From: Armatimonadia bacterium
GTDB lineage: Bacteria > Armatimonadota > Zipacnadia > Zipacnadales > UBA11051
Reading direction: 5' to 3'
DNA length: 11,719 bases
Assembly (NCBI GenBank): GCA_039683575.1
Contig: JBDKRC010000328.1
Span: 1-11,719, forward strand
Shown here: positions 1 to 8,023 of the stretch, piece after piece
How positions within the stretch are numbered: the first letter of the stretch is position 1
Layout: each line of letters opens with the position of its first letter
Translations under genes and position numbers: made by a program
The notes under the pieces: generated by a model
Database searches by the model: none
What the model was told of the DNA's origin: nothing
What the model saw: the letters and a program-made list of their open reading frames with translations, nothing else

Positions 1-54
1 GAGATCATCCAGGCCCTGGGCCTACCCGACCCCGACCACCTGCTAAGCCTGTAG
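1..54 (+). CDS. 3' end of a CDS truncated by the window edge (EIIQALGLPDPDHLLSL*); possibly a transposase C-terminus
   Basis: Frame 1 is open from position 1 to TAG at 52-54 with GC3-rich codons. The I-x-x-A-L-G-L-P ending resembles C-termini I recall for IS1634/IS4-like transposases. Only 17 residues are visible. Confidence 0.4.
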   Translation, partial: EIIQALGLPDPDHLLSL

Positions 55-191
55 CCGCAAGCGTGAGCAGCCTAGAGGAAGACCAATTGTCAAAGTGCGA
101 AATATCAGAGGATGCCGCTCGTACGACACGAGGCCGGTCGCACGGCATGGTGCTGCTTGTACGGCATGTATTGTGGCTTGGCACGACATGA

Positions 192-217
192 AGGGGCCCC
201 CGCTACCGGGAGCCCCT
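192..217 (-). terminator. Hairpin downstream of the GYF_2 gene, possible terminator
   Basis: Minus strand AGGGGCUCCC-GGUAGC-GGGGGCCCCU forms a 10-bp stem with one U.G pair, about 30 nt after the stop at 249. The U-tract is weak. Confidence 0.4.
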
Positions 218-248
218 GTAGGAGATTTGCGCCTACCTTTGCTTATGA

Positions 249-1229
249 TCAGCGCTTTGCGGTCAGGTCCCGGTAGGCGCATCCCCACGCGGTCTGAGTG
301 ACGGGGAAGGCAACCAGGTTGCCGACGCAGCAGAGCAGCGTGCCAACTATCATGATGACGTAAGCCGCGAGGCCCATGAGGCCCAGATTGAGCCAGTCCT
401 TGGACAGAATGGACCAACCGGCGCTGATACCTTCGATAGTGCCGACGTTGCGGGCGACCATGTCGTAGAGTGACAGAGCCTGCCAGGCCATCAGGGGGAA
501 GGTGATCAGGAAGCCAAGCAGTTGCCCGATCACTGGGACCAGATTGGTGACGAAGCCAGCTACGCCGCCGATCACGACGAAGGCCAGTCCCCAACCGATC
601 ACCGAGAAGAAGCGACTGACGCCAGAGAGCAGCTTCTCGGTGGTCAGGGTGCCCGTGCGGATCATGTCCCAGAAACAGGCGCTGGCCCCGAGCACCAGGG
701 CGGGCCCCAGGACGATGCCCAGCACCAGCGATATCATGCCGCCGAGCAGCAGGGAGCCCGTCAGGAGCGCACCAATGGCTTCGGGGCTCAGGACCTGCCC
801 CGGCCTTATGGTCTGCAGCATGGCCGGAAAGCCCGACACGCCAAGGATGATGCTGATGACCACGACCAGCGCAAAGGGAGCGAGGCTGACAACGATGGCG
901 CTGCCGATATTGGCGCTGACCAGGCGCCAGGCTTCGGAGAGCCAGGCGCCTACCCCGGTGCCAATGGGTGGCATGGCGCTGGGGGAGACGCTGGGCGTGG
1001 CGAAGGGCGTTCCCGGCGGCACGGTCGGAGGCACTCCGGGGGGAGTGGCGGCCGTTGGCGCGGGTCCCGCGAACTCTGGGATCATGTCCACGGAGAGCCA
1101 GTTTGGATCGCCCTCGCGGTTGAGCCGCTCCTCGGCGCCGATCTGCCCCGACTTGATCCATTCGCGAATGGTCTCCTCGGGATACGGGCCGTGGGTCTGT
1201 CCATTGCGCAGCAGGTACCAATTCGCCAT
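249..1229 (-). CDS. GYF_2 (DUF4339) domain membrane protein, 326 aa
   Basis: N-terminal WYLLRNGQTHGPY..W...I....L...G..NW.....PEF matches the GYF_2 pattern, followed by a Pro/Thr-rich linker and several hydrophobic TM segments ending in LLCCVG..VAFP. AGGAG RBS lies 10 nt upstream of the ATG at 1229, so the start is trimmed from the ORF-track start at 1409. Confidence 0.85.
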   Translation of the reverse strand: MANWYLLRNGQTHGPYPEETIREWIKSGQIGAEERLNREGDPNWLSVDMIPEFAGPAPTAATPPGVPPTVPPGTPFATPSVSPSAMPPIGTGVGAWLSEAWRLVSANIGSAIVVSLAPFALVVVISIILGVSGFPAMLQTIRPGQVLSPEAIGALLTGSLLLGGMISLVLGIVLGPALVLGASACFWDMIRTGTLTTEKLLSGVSRFFSVIGWGLAFVVIGGVAGFVTNLVPVIGQLLGFLITFPLMAWQALSLYDMVARNVGTIEGISAGWSILSKDWLNLGLMGLAAYVIMIVGTLLCCVGNLVAFPVTQTAWGCAYRDLTAKR

Positions 1230-1333
1230 CAGCTTCACGCTCCTGTTGTCGTAATGACTGAGTGCTTCTTCGCCAGTCCTCTCCCCCACTCCTTCTGCAG
1301 GTGTGACTAATTGCGATGTTGAATATGCCGGGC

Positions 1334-2317
1334 ATGAAGGTCTATGTGTGGTTCTATCCGGACATGTCCAGGCTCGCGGACGAGGACTACCTGGTGCACG
1401 TGTTCTCACGTCTACAGCGCCTCAAGGCGACGGGACTGTACTGCATGGCGCCGGAGGGCCCGGCGCTGGAGACGCCAGCGGGGCTTCAGGGCTTCTTCGC
1501 ACGGTGTGTGGACATGGGGCTGGACTGCCAGTTGGGGTTTCTGCCCTTCTCTGAGCCGCCGACCCCCACACCCGAGATGCTGCGGCGGCGGTATGCGTAC
1601 CTGGAGGATGGGACGCTGCGGCACCGGGGGCTTTGCCCCGCCTGGCAGGAGAACCGGCTGCTGGCGCTGCACCGGGCCGCAGAGTTGCTCGGGACTTTCA
1701 ACCCACCGGCGCTGCATCTGGACTTCATGCGGTATTATTTCGCCAACAGCGCGGCCTTTGGACAGAATTTGGAGTGGGAGGACGGGCGCAAGTGGCTCGA
1801 CACCTATCACCACTGCTACTGCCCACTGTGCCAGACGGAGCGGCTGGAGCTGTTGGGGCGCGAGCCGACCGGCTATGACCGGCATCATCCGGGGTACATC
1901 TACAAACGGCTCCAGCAGCGGGTGGAGCATGTGGATGATGTGCTGCGGGGGCTGCGGCATCTTTGTGATGAGCGGGAGATGCGGCTGACGGTGGCGGTGC
2001 GGGTGCAGTACTTCAACCGGGCGCTGTTCGAGGGGCAGGACTGGGTCCGATGGGCGCAACAGGGGCTCGTACACTCGCTGTCGCCGATGAACTACGCGAC
2101 CGATCTGGGGACGGTGGAGAGGCGGTTTGCGGAGAACCAGCGGCTGCTGCAGCACACGCACATTGAGGTTGTCGAGGGGCTGGCGCGCAAGAGCAGCGCC
2201 GGGGAAACGGCTCCTGAAACGTTGCGCGCCCAGATCAACCGGGTGGCTGAACTAGGCGCAGCAGGTGTGGCGATATTTCATCTGGACACGCTGACGGAAG
2301 AAGACTTTGAGTTGTGA
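1334..2317 (+). CDS. Glycoside hydrolase-like family 10 (GHL10/DUF187, YddW-like) TIM-barrel protein
   Basis: Motifs LCPA, LHLDFMRY, GQDWVRWAQQGLVHSLSPMNY and C-terminal GAAGVAIF, plus a CYCPLC cysteine cluster. No evident signal peptide. The start could also be 1316 or 1325. Confidence 0.75.
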   Translation: MKVYVWFYPDMSRLADEDYLVHVFSRLQRLKATGLYCMAPEGPALETPAGLQGFFARCVDMGLDCQLGFLPFSEPPTPTPEMLRRRYAYLEDGTLRHRGLCPAWQENRLLALHRAAELLGTFNPPALHLDFMRYYFANSAAFGQNLEWEDGRKWLDTYHHCYCPLCQTERLELLGREPTGYDRHHPGYIYKRLQQRVEHVDDVLRGLRHLCDEREMRLTVAVRVQYFNRALFEGQDWVRWAQQGLVHSLSPMNYATDLGTVERRFAENQRLLQHTHIEVVEGLARKSSAGETAPETLRAQINRVAELGAAGVAIFHLDTLTEEDFEL

Positions 2318-2326
2318 GCCAGCCGC

Positions 2327-2698
2327 TCAGCGCTTCCACCACGGCTTCTTTGGCGGCTTCTGCTCCTGAGGCGTAACATCCTCGATCACCATCTGCTCCC
2401 CCACCTTGCGGACGCGTAAGCGGCGTACCTGCTTGTCTTTCTGGATCTCCAGATCCGCCGTGCCCTCTTCAGTGGTCGCGGCCCGGGCTTTGACAGCGGG
2501 CTCGTCGGCGCGGCGGGCAACCTTCCACGCGGGAGCCTCGCGCGGCATGGTGAAGTAGATGGTGCCGGCAGCCGCCACCGCGATCAATGCCAGAATCGCG
2601 AGCCAGGCCAGCGCGCGGCGCGTCGGGGAATTCAGACCACGGCGGACGTGGCTGAACTGGGCTGGCTGGAAGAATGGTGACGGCTTCGGCGGTCTCAT
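2327..2698 (-). CDS. Small single-pass membrane hypothetical protein, 123 aa
   Basis: ATG at 2698 lies just outside the repeat array. One TM segment (ALAWLAILALIAVAAAGTIYF) and a basic C-terminus KKPWWKR. It converges on the GHL10 gene with a 9-nt gap. Confidence 0.7.
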   Translation of the reverse strand: MRPPKPSPFFQPAQFSHVRRGLNSPTRRALAWLAILALIAVAAAGTIYFTMPREAPAWKVARRADEPAVKARAATTEEGTADLEIQKDKQVRRLRVRKVGEQMVIEDVTPQEQKPPKKPWWKR

Positions 2699-2710
2699 GA
2701 TCGTGTACGG

Positions 2711-2884
2711 TGTGTGGGTGCGAGACGCACCCACCTACGCGTTGTTTGTGTGGGGCGAGACGCACCCACCTACGCGTTGTTTGTGTGGGAGCGAGATGCG
2801 CCCGCCTGCGCGTTGTTTATGTGGGTGCGAGACGCACCCGCCTACGCGTTGTTGTGTGGGAGCGGGACGCACCCACCTACGCGT
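2711..2884 (-). repeat. Tandem array of five 35-36 bp GTAG-family REP-like palindromic units
   Basis: Units start at 2711, 2747, 2782, 2818 and 2853. Plus-strand consensus TGTGTGGGTGCGAGACGCACCCACCTACGCGTTGTT. On the minus strand this reads GTAG + GTGGGTGCG-TCT-CGCACCCAC (9-bp hairpin). There are no unique spacers. Confidence 0.9.
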
Positions 2885-4620
2885 CATTTCTGGAGCGGGG
2901 CTGCCTCAGGTTTCTTGGCAGCCGCTTGTTGCTTCTTGCCAAGGGTTGCTCCCGTGGCGTAGGAATGCCCGATGTCGCCGAGACGCACCGTGATTGGCAT
3001 CGGCGTGCCAGGAGCGACCTCCGGGACGTCAATTACGTAGCCATCTACCAGCGCGAGGAGCCCCTCGGAGGGGAGGTCGAGGCGCTGGTCCTCCTGCAGC
3101 ACTATCTTCTGGCCCTTACGCCACGGCAGGTGCTGCTTTCTGAGGGTCTTGTCATCCCCGCCGGTGATTTCCCAGCTTTCCGGATGCATACCCTCGTCAG
3201 CGCGAATGTAGAGGTTGACCTGCAGTCTCTCTTCCATGGAATCCACAACGCTGCCCTGAGGTCCGATGAGTTGCAGGGCGACCTGGGGGTTGACCTGTAC
3301 CAGGACGGCCTTGTCTTTGCTCTCAAGGGAGCGTTGCCGGAGGACCTCCCCCACCTTGCCAGCGACAGCCTCAGGGCTGAGGATGCGGCCGGTGCCCTCA
3401 CAGCAGGGGCAGGCGACCTGTAGCTGCTTGGCGAGGCTCTGTCCGGTGCGCTTGCGGGTCATCTCGATGAGGCCGAGGCGCGTGATGTGCATGATGCGGG
3501 TCTTCATGCGGTCGGCTTCGAGAGCCGTCTTGAGCGCCGCCGTGAGCTGTCGGCGGTGGCGCGGATTGTCCATGTCAATGAAGTCGATGACGACGATGCC
3601 GCCGATGTCGCGCAGGCGCAGTTGCTTGGCGATCTCATCAGCGGCCTCGAGGTTGGTGCGCAGGACGGTGTCCTCGAGGCTCTTGGTGGAGGTGAACTTG
3701 CCGGTGTTCACATCAATGACCGTGAGCGCTTCGGTGACGTCAATGCCGATGTAGCCGCCCTTGGGCAGCCAGACCTTGCGGCGCAGGGCGCGGTCGATCT
3801 CCTGCTCGATCTTGTAGTGGACGAAGATCGGCTCCTGCTCCTTGTAGAGCTTCACACGCGAGCGCAGCTCGGGCGCGAGGCTGTTGAGGAGGTTCAGGAC
3901 CTTGTCATAGGTGACTTTGTCATCGATGATGAAGTTGCGCACATTGGGGTCGAAAACGTCGCGGAGGACTTCGAAGACTAGGGTGAGGTCTTCGTAGATG
4001 AGGGCGGGGGCTTTCTCCTGCTTGGAGCGAGTCTGGATCGAGCGCCAGAGCTTCATGAGGAATTTGACGTCAGACTCGAATTCCTTCTTCTCGGCGCCCT
4101 CGGCACGGGTGCGAACGATCATCCCGAAGCCTTCGGGCTTGCACTTCTGGGCAATGTCGCGCAGACGTGCGCGTTCGGCTTCGTCTTCGATCTTCTTGGA
4201 GATGCCGACCTTGCCGCGGCCGTCGGCCATGAGCACGAGGTTGCGGCTGGGGAGCGCGATGCGTCTGGAGGCTCTGGCTCCCTTGGCGTCCACGGGGCCC
4301 TTGGTGACCTGGACGAGGAACTCCTGGCCCGCCTTGAGGACTTCCTTGATCGGAGGGAAGGACTCCATCTTCTTGCGCATCTGCGCGCGGGAAGGCTCGG
4401 TCTCCATGGCGTCCGAGACGTGCAGGAAGACGTTCTTGTCTATGCCCACGTCCACAAACGCCGCATCAAGCCCCGGAACGACGTTCTCGACCTTCCCCAT
4501 GTAGATGTTGCCAACGACGCGTTCTTCACCCTCCAGGAGCAGCTCGGCGAGCCGCCCATCCTGCATGATCGCCACCCGCGTACGCGGATGCCCGACATTC
4601 ACGATAATGTCCGTTTCCAT
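2884..4620 (-). CDS. rng: Rne/Rng family ribonuclease (RNase G/E), 578 aa
   Basis: S1 domain (VGNIYMGKVENVVPGLDAAFVDVG), LVQVTKGP...KGAR, catalytic TVIDVNTG and LRDIGGIVVIDFIDM, Zn-link CPCCEGTG, and a short C-terminal extension. Confidence 0.95.
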   Translation of the reverse strand: METDIIVNVGHPRTRVAIMQDGRLAELLLEGEERVVGNIYMGKVENVVPGLDAAFVDVGIDKNVFLHVSDAMETEPSRAQMRKKMESFPPIKEVLKAGQEFLVQVTKGPVDAKGARASRRIALPSRNLVLMADGRGKVGISKKIEDEAERARLRDIAQKCKPEGFGMIVRTRAEGAEKKEFESDVKFLMKLWRSIQTRSKQEKAPALIYEDLTLVFEVLRDVFDPNVRNFIIDDKVTYDKVLNLLNSLAPELRSRVKLYKEQEPIFVHYKIEQEIDRALRRKVWLPKGGYIGIDVTEALTVIDVNTGKFTSTKSLEDTVLRTNLEAADEIAKQLRLRDIGGIVVIDFIDMDNPRHRRQLTAALKTALEADRMKTRIMHITRLGLIEMTRKRTGQSLAKQLQVACPCCEGTGRILSPEAVAGKVGEVLRQRSLESKDKAVLVQVNPQVALQLIGPQGSVVDSMEERLQVNLYIRADEGMHPESWEITGGDDKTLRKQHLPWRKGQKIVLQEDQRLDLPSEGLLALVDGYVIDVPEVAPGTPMPITVRLGDIGHSYATGATLGKKQQAAAKKPEAAPLQK

Positions 4621-4766
4621 TTATTCAAGCCTCGATCGCGGCCGATTCATGGTACAGAACCGACCAAAACTCACGCCGAGTCGCCTATTCTGCCCCCCAA
4701 TGGCTGCGCAGGACGGGGTTGACCCCGTCTCTCCCGCGTCCGGGCTTCAGGCGGCTACGGTCGCTA

Positions 4767-5435
4767 CTAAAGTTCATCCGGTGTCTGGCCCAGATCCCAG
4801 AAAGCAGTCCGGGTCAGGCACCGCACGTTCAGCTCCTCGCCAAGCTGCTGGCGCAGGAGCCACAAGACTTCGTCCGGCTTGGCCAGGTCCTCGGTGGTGA
4901 GGCCCAGCCGCATCAAGATATTGCTATTCCGCACCTGCAGGCCGTAGATACGGGGCCGCAGGTCCAGGTCGAGTTCTTTGCTCTTCGTCTGCCGGTGGAT
5001 GATGAGTTCATCCTGCTGCAGCAGCACCTCTACGGCCTCCTGCAGCTTCTCCGGCGCGATATTGTCAATCTCGGCGCGATAGTCGGCCAGTTGCAGGTCC
5101 GCAAAGGGCGACCGCTTGGGACGCGGCAGTACCTGCACGCCGACGATGCCGAGTTCCGCGGGCAGTTGCCGCGACAGCGACTTGTAGAGCGCCATCGGGT
5201 CCCATTGGCCGGTGATTTCGATGGCGCAAAGCTCGTTTTCGCCAGCCACGCCAAGGGGCAGGGGCATCGCGAAACTGATCTGGGCGTGAGGCGAGAAGCC
5301 CTGCGAGTACTCCACGGGCAGCTTGGCGCGGCGAACGGCGCGGTCAAACGTGCGGTGGACGTCCAGGTGCCCAAGGAAGCGCAGGAGGCCGGTCTTGCGG
5401 AAGATAACGCGGGCGTAGAGTCGCTGGTTATACAC
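4767..5435 (-). CDS. TIGR03936/DUF2344 radical SAM-linked protein
   Basis: F.K.G.LRFLGHLD..R.F.RA.RRAKLPVEYSQGFSPHAQISFAMPLPLGVAGENE signature. The GTG start overlaps the upstream stop by 8 nt (GTGTATAA), and the gene order is the usual one. Confidence 0.92.
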   Translation of the reverse strand: MYNQRLYARVIFRKTGLLRFLGHLDVHRTFDRAVRRAKLPVEYSQGFSPHAQISFAMPLPLGVAGENELCAIEITGQWDPMALYKSLSRQLPAELGIVGVQVLPRPKRSPFADLQLADYRAEIDNIAPEKLQEAVEVLLQQDELIIHRQTKSKELDLDLRPRIYGLQVRNSNILMRLGLTTEDLAKPDEVLWLLRQQLGEELNVRCLTRTAFWDLGQTPDEL

Positions 5436-7245
5436 CTGGCGCCCCCTGCTCCGCGCAAACCTGCGCCAGTTCCATGAGCCCGCAACCGCTACAGTGGCCG
5501 CGGCGGCAATCCTGGGTGGTCTCCTGAGCTTCGGCCTGACGAAGCTCGCGGAGGAGGAATTCCTTCGTCACGCCGCAGTCAATGTGGTCCCACGGCAGCG
5601 GGCCGTCCGGCGACCACTCACGCGCGGCCTCGACCAGGAGGTCGAGATTGCGCTCAGCGGCCACGCGTTGCCAGAGTTCGAAGCTGAAGCGGTCGCTCCA
5701 GCCCTCGAAGACGGCTCCAGAGCGGTAGGCGGCTTCGATGAGGTCGGCCCAGTCGCGTCCGCCGCGCGCCAGCAGGCCCTCCAGCAGCGCCTGATCGGCA
5801 CCGTGGAAGGAGAGCTTCACCTGACGCTGGCGGGCCAGAAGCTCGCGCAGGAGATGCTGCTTCGCCTGCAGCTCCTCGATGGTGTTCTGGCGCGCCCACT
5901 GGAAGGGGGTGTGGGGCTTGGGAATGAAGCTGGCGACGCTGACGCCGATGGCGAGGCGCCCCTTGTCCTTACCCAACACCTCGCGGGCGAGGAGCATGAC
6001 CTTGTTAATGAGGTCCGCGATGGCGCGCACGTCATCTTCGGTCTCACCGGGGAGGCCGATCATGAAGTAGAGCTTCAAACGGTGCCAGCCATTGTCGAAG
6101 GCGGCACGCGCGGCGTCCATGAGGTTTTCTTCGGTCACGCCCTTGTTGATCCCGTCGCGCAGGCACTGCGAGCCCGCCTCGGGGGCGAAGGTGAGGCCAG
6201 TCTTCTTCACCCGCTGCACCCGCTCGGCGAGTTCCACGCTGAAGCTGTCGGTGCGCAGGGAAGGGAGGCCCAGGGCGACGCGGCGCGGGGCGAGTTGCTC
6301 GTGCAGGCGGTCCACAAGGGTAAGGATGTTGCTATAGTCCGGACAGTTCAGTGAGACCAGGGAGACCTCGTCATAGCCGGTGTTGTCCACGATCTGGGTG
6401 GCCTGATCCACGAGAGTCTGGACTGAGCGCTCGCGAACGGGGCGGTAGATCATGCCAGCCTGACAGAAGCGGCAGCCGCGCGTGCAGCCGCGATTGATCT
6501 CCAACTGCCCGCGGTCGTGCACGATCTGGGAGTGCGGCACCACAGGGGCCAGGGACGCGTGGGCGTGCTCAAAATCTTCGACCACGCGCTTGGTGACGCG
6601 CCGGCCAGTACCGAACTGGGGCACGTATACGCCCTCGACCTCGTCTAGCTGGCGGAGCAGGGCGAGGCGGGTCTCAGCGGTGCGATTAGTGTGGAAGTCA
6701 CTGGCGACATAGAGGTCGAGAATCTCGACGACTACCTCTTCGCCTTCGCCGATGACGAAGAAGTCGAAGAAGGGCGCCAGCGGCTCGGGGTTGTAGGCAC
6801 AGGGGCCGCCGCCGATGACGAGGGGCTCGTCAGGGCGGCGCTGGTCGGTGCGGAGGGTGACCCGGCCGAGGTCCAGCAGCGAGAGCACGTTGGTGTAGTT
6901 CAGCTCGTGCTGGAGCGTGAGGCCTACGAAGTCGAAGCCGGAGAGGGGCGTGTGGGTTTCGAGGCTCTTTAGCGGCAGGTCGTGCTCGCGCAGGTACTCC
7001 ACGGCGTCGAGCCAGGGGTGGTAGACGCGCTCGCAGTAGCTGTGGGAAAGACTGTTGATGAGGCTATAGAGTATCTGGGAGCCAAGATGAGACATCCCGA
7101 TCTCATAGGTCTCGGGGTAGCATAGGGCAAAGCGCACCGCCACGGAGGCGGGGTCTTTGACGACGCTGTTGTGCTCGAGTCCTAGATAGCGAGCTGGAGT
7201 CTCTACGTGCTGAAGAAAGTCATCCGAAATGCAGCCCAAGGCCAC
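5428..7245 (-). CDS. TIGR03960 family B12-binding-type radical SAM protein, 605 aa
   Basis: PARYLG.E.N, ALCYPETYEIGMSHLG, GGGPCAYNPEP, radical SAM motif RGCTRGCRFC, TFAPEAGSQ, LYFMIGLPGET, FIPKPHTPFQW, and C-terminal LPWDHID and DCR..C..CG. GAGG RBS before the GTG. Confidence 0.95.
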   Translation of the reverse strand: MALGCISDDFLQHVETPARYLGLEHNSVVKDPASVAVRFALCYPETYEIGMSHLGSQILYSLINSLSHSYCERVYHPWLDAVEYLREHDLPLKSLETHTPLSGFDFVGLTLQHELNYTNVLSLLDLGRVTLRTDQRRPDEPLVIGGGPCAYNPEPLAPFFDFFVIGEGEEVVVEILDLYVASDFHTNRTAETRLALLRQLDEVEGVYVPQFGTGRRVTKRVVEDFEHAHASLAPVVPHSQIVHDRGQLEINRGCTRGCRFCQAGMIYRPVRERSVQTLVDQATQIVDNTGYDEVSLVSLNCPDYSNILTLVDRLHEQLAPRRVALGLPSLRTDSFSVELAERVQRVKKTGLTFAPEAGSQCLRDGINKGVTEENLMDAARAAFDNGWHRLKLYFMIGLPGETEDDVRAIADLINKVMLLAREVLGKDKGRLAIGVSVASFIPKPHTPFQWARQNTIEELQAKQHLLRELLARQRQVKLSFHGADQALLEGLLARGGRDWADLIEAAYRSGAVFEGWSDRFSFELWQRVAAERNLDLLVEAAREWSPDGPLPWDHIDCGVTKEFLLRELRQAEAQETTQDCRRGHCSGCGLMELAQVCAEQGAPGV

Positions 7246-7297
7246 GCACCTCTACACATGCCGCATAACTGCTGCAATGTTAGCGTTAATATAAGAC

Positions 7298-7326
7298 AGG
7301 ATATTGGATAGAGGGGGTGGTGTCAA
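7298..7326 (-). promoter_or_regulatory. Sigma70-type promoter for the radical SAM-DUF2344-rng operon
   Basis: Minus strand TTGACA (7326-7321), 17-nt spacer, TATCCT (7303-7298), in an AT-rich patch about 50 nt upstream of the start codon. Confidence 0.75.
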
Positions 7327-7529
7327 GCGAAGCACATGGTCGCAGGCCATGCGGAACAGCACAAACGGGCACCGCCGCGACCGCCAGGCGGGCGCAATCG
7401 CTTCCGCGAGAGACCCTGGTGTGGCCCACCAATTCACGCAAACTTACCCATCCGGAGCAGGAAACGTCAGTGGCGGCGACGAAGGATGAGCCCAGTCGCC
7501 GAATTGCGGGCCTGACAGGATCTCGCCCC

Positions 7530-7904
7530 ATGAGACGCCATGACTGGTCAATAGCCCCCCTCGCCGTCCTGCTGGCGCTTGCTGTCGTATGGAGCCTGCC
7601 AGCGGTTGCGGCCGGGCGGGTGGGAAACGGGCCCGCTGCCTCCCTCCTCTGGTTTGCCGAGTCGCAGAGCTCCCACCTGCACTGGTACGGCCTGCAAGCC
7701 GGCAGCGAGTCTGGCCGCTGCGGAATGGTCAGCAAGAGGGACCGCCTTTGGGGACAGAGGATCAAGCTCGTCCGGCGTCACTCTGCTGCTCCTGTTGCCG
7801 AAGTCCAGACGGTTCTTCACTACAACACCACTCCAGTCCATCTGCCCCTTGCGGCAGCAGCGTCATTGGTGACGCAACGTTCCGGCTTTCCCCGTGGTCC
7901 GTAA
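7530..7904 (+). CDS. Hypothetical exported protein / putative arrest-type leader ORF ending in PRGP-stop, 124 aa
   Basis: AGGA lies 9 nt upstream of the ATG at 7530. N-terminal signal peptide MRRHDWSIAPLAVLLALAVVWSLPAVAA and C-terminus QRSGFPRGP*. It ends 119 nt upstream of a co-oriented pilin-like gene. Confidence 0.55.
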   Translation: MRRHDWSIAPLAVLLALAVVWSLPAVAAGRVGNGPAASLLWFAESQSSHLHWYGLQAGSESGRCGMVSKRDRLWGQRIKLVRRHSAAPVAEVQTVLHYNTTPVHLPLAAAASLVTQRSGFPRGP

Positions 7905-8023
7905 CCCCTGTTCTGCCTGAGTAACGCGTGACGTCGCAGCACGGCTGCCGGCGTGCCTTGTGGCATGTACGGCCAGCGAGTTCGCTGCAGACCGCTCGTC
8001 CCATGGCAGGAAAGGAGAGTTAC

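Noticed and set aside
2711-2884. CRISPR array
   Set aside because: The 36-bp palindromic units are contiguous with no unique spacers, and there are no cas genes in the window.
43-6972. Long alternative-frame and antisense ORFs (e.g. 43-1335, 502-1254, 1412-2161, 2710-3423, 4719-5477, 5494-6354)
   Set aside because: These are shadows of real genes in GC-rich DNA, with no recognisable motifs. Those crossing 2711-2884 simply translate the repeat.
7390-7520. Cobalamin riboswitch upstream of the B12-type radical SAM gene
   Set aside because: GCCACTG and CCCGCAA occur on the minus strand, but the B12-box and GGGAA motifs match poorly, and the region lies upstream of the clear promoter at 7298-7326, so it would not be in that transcript.
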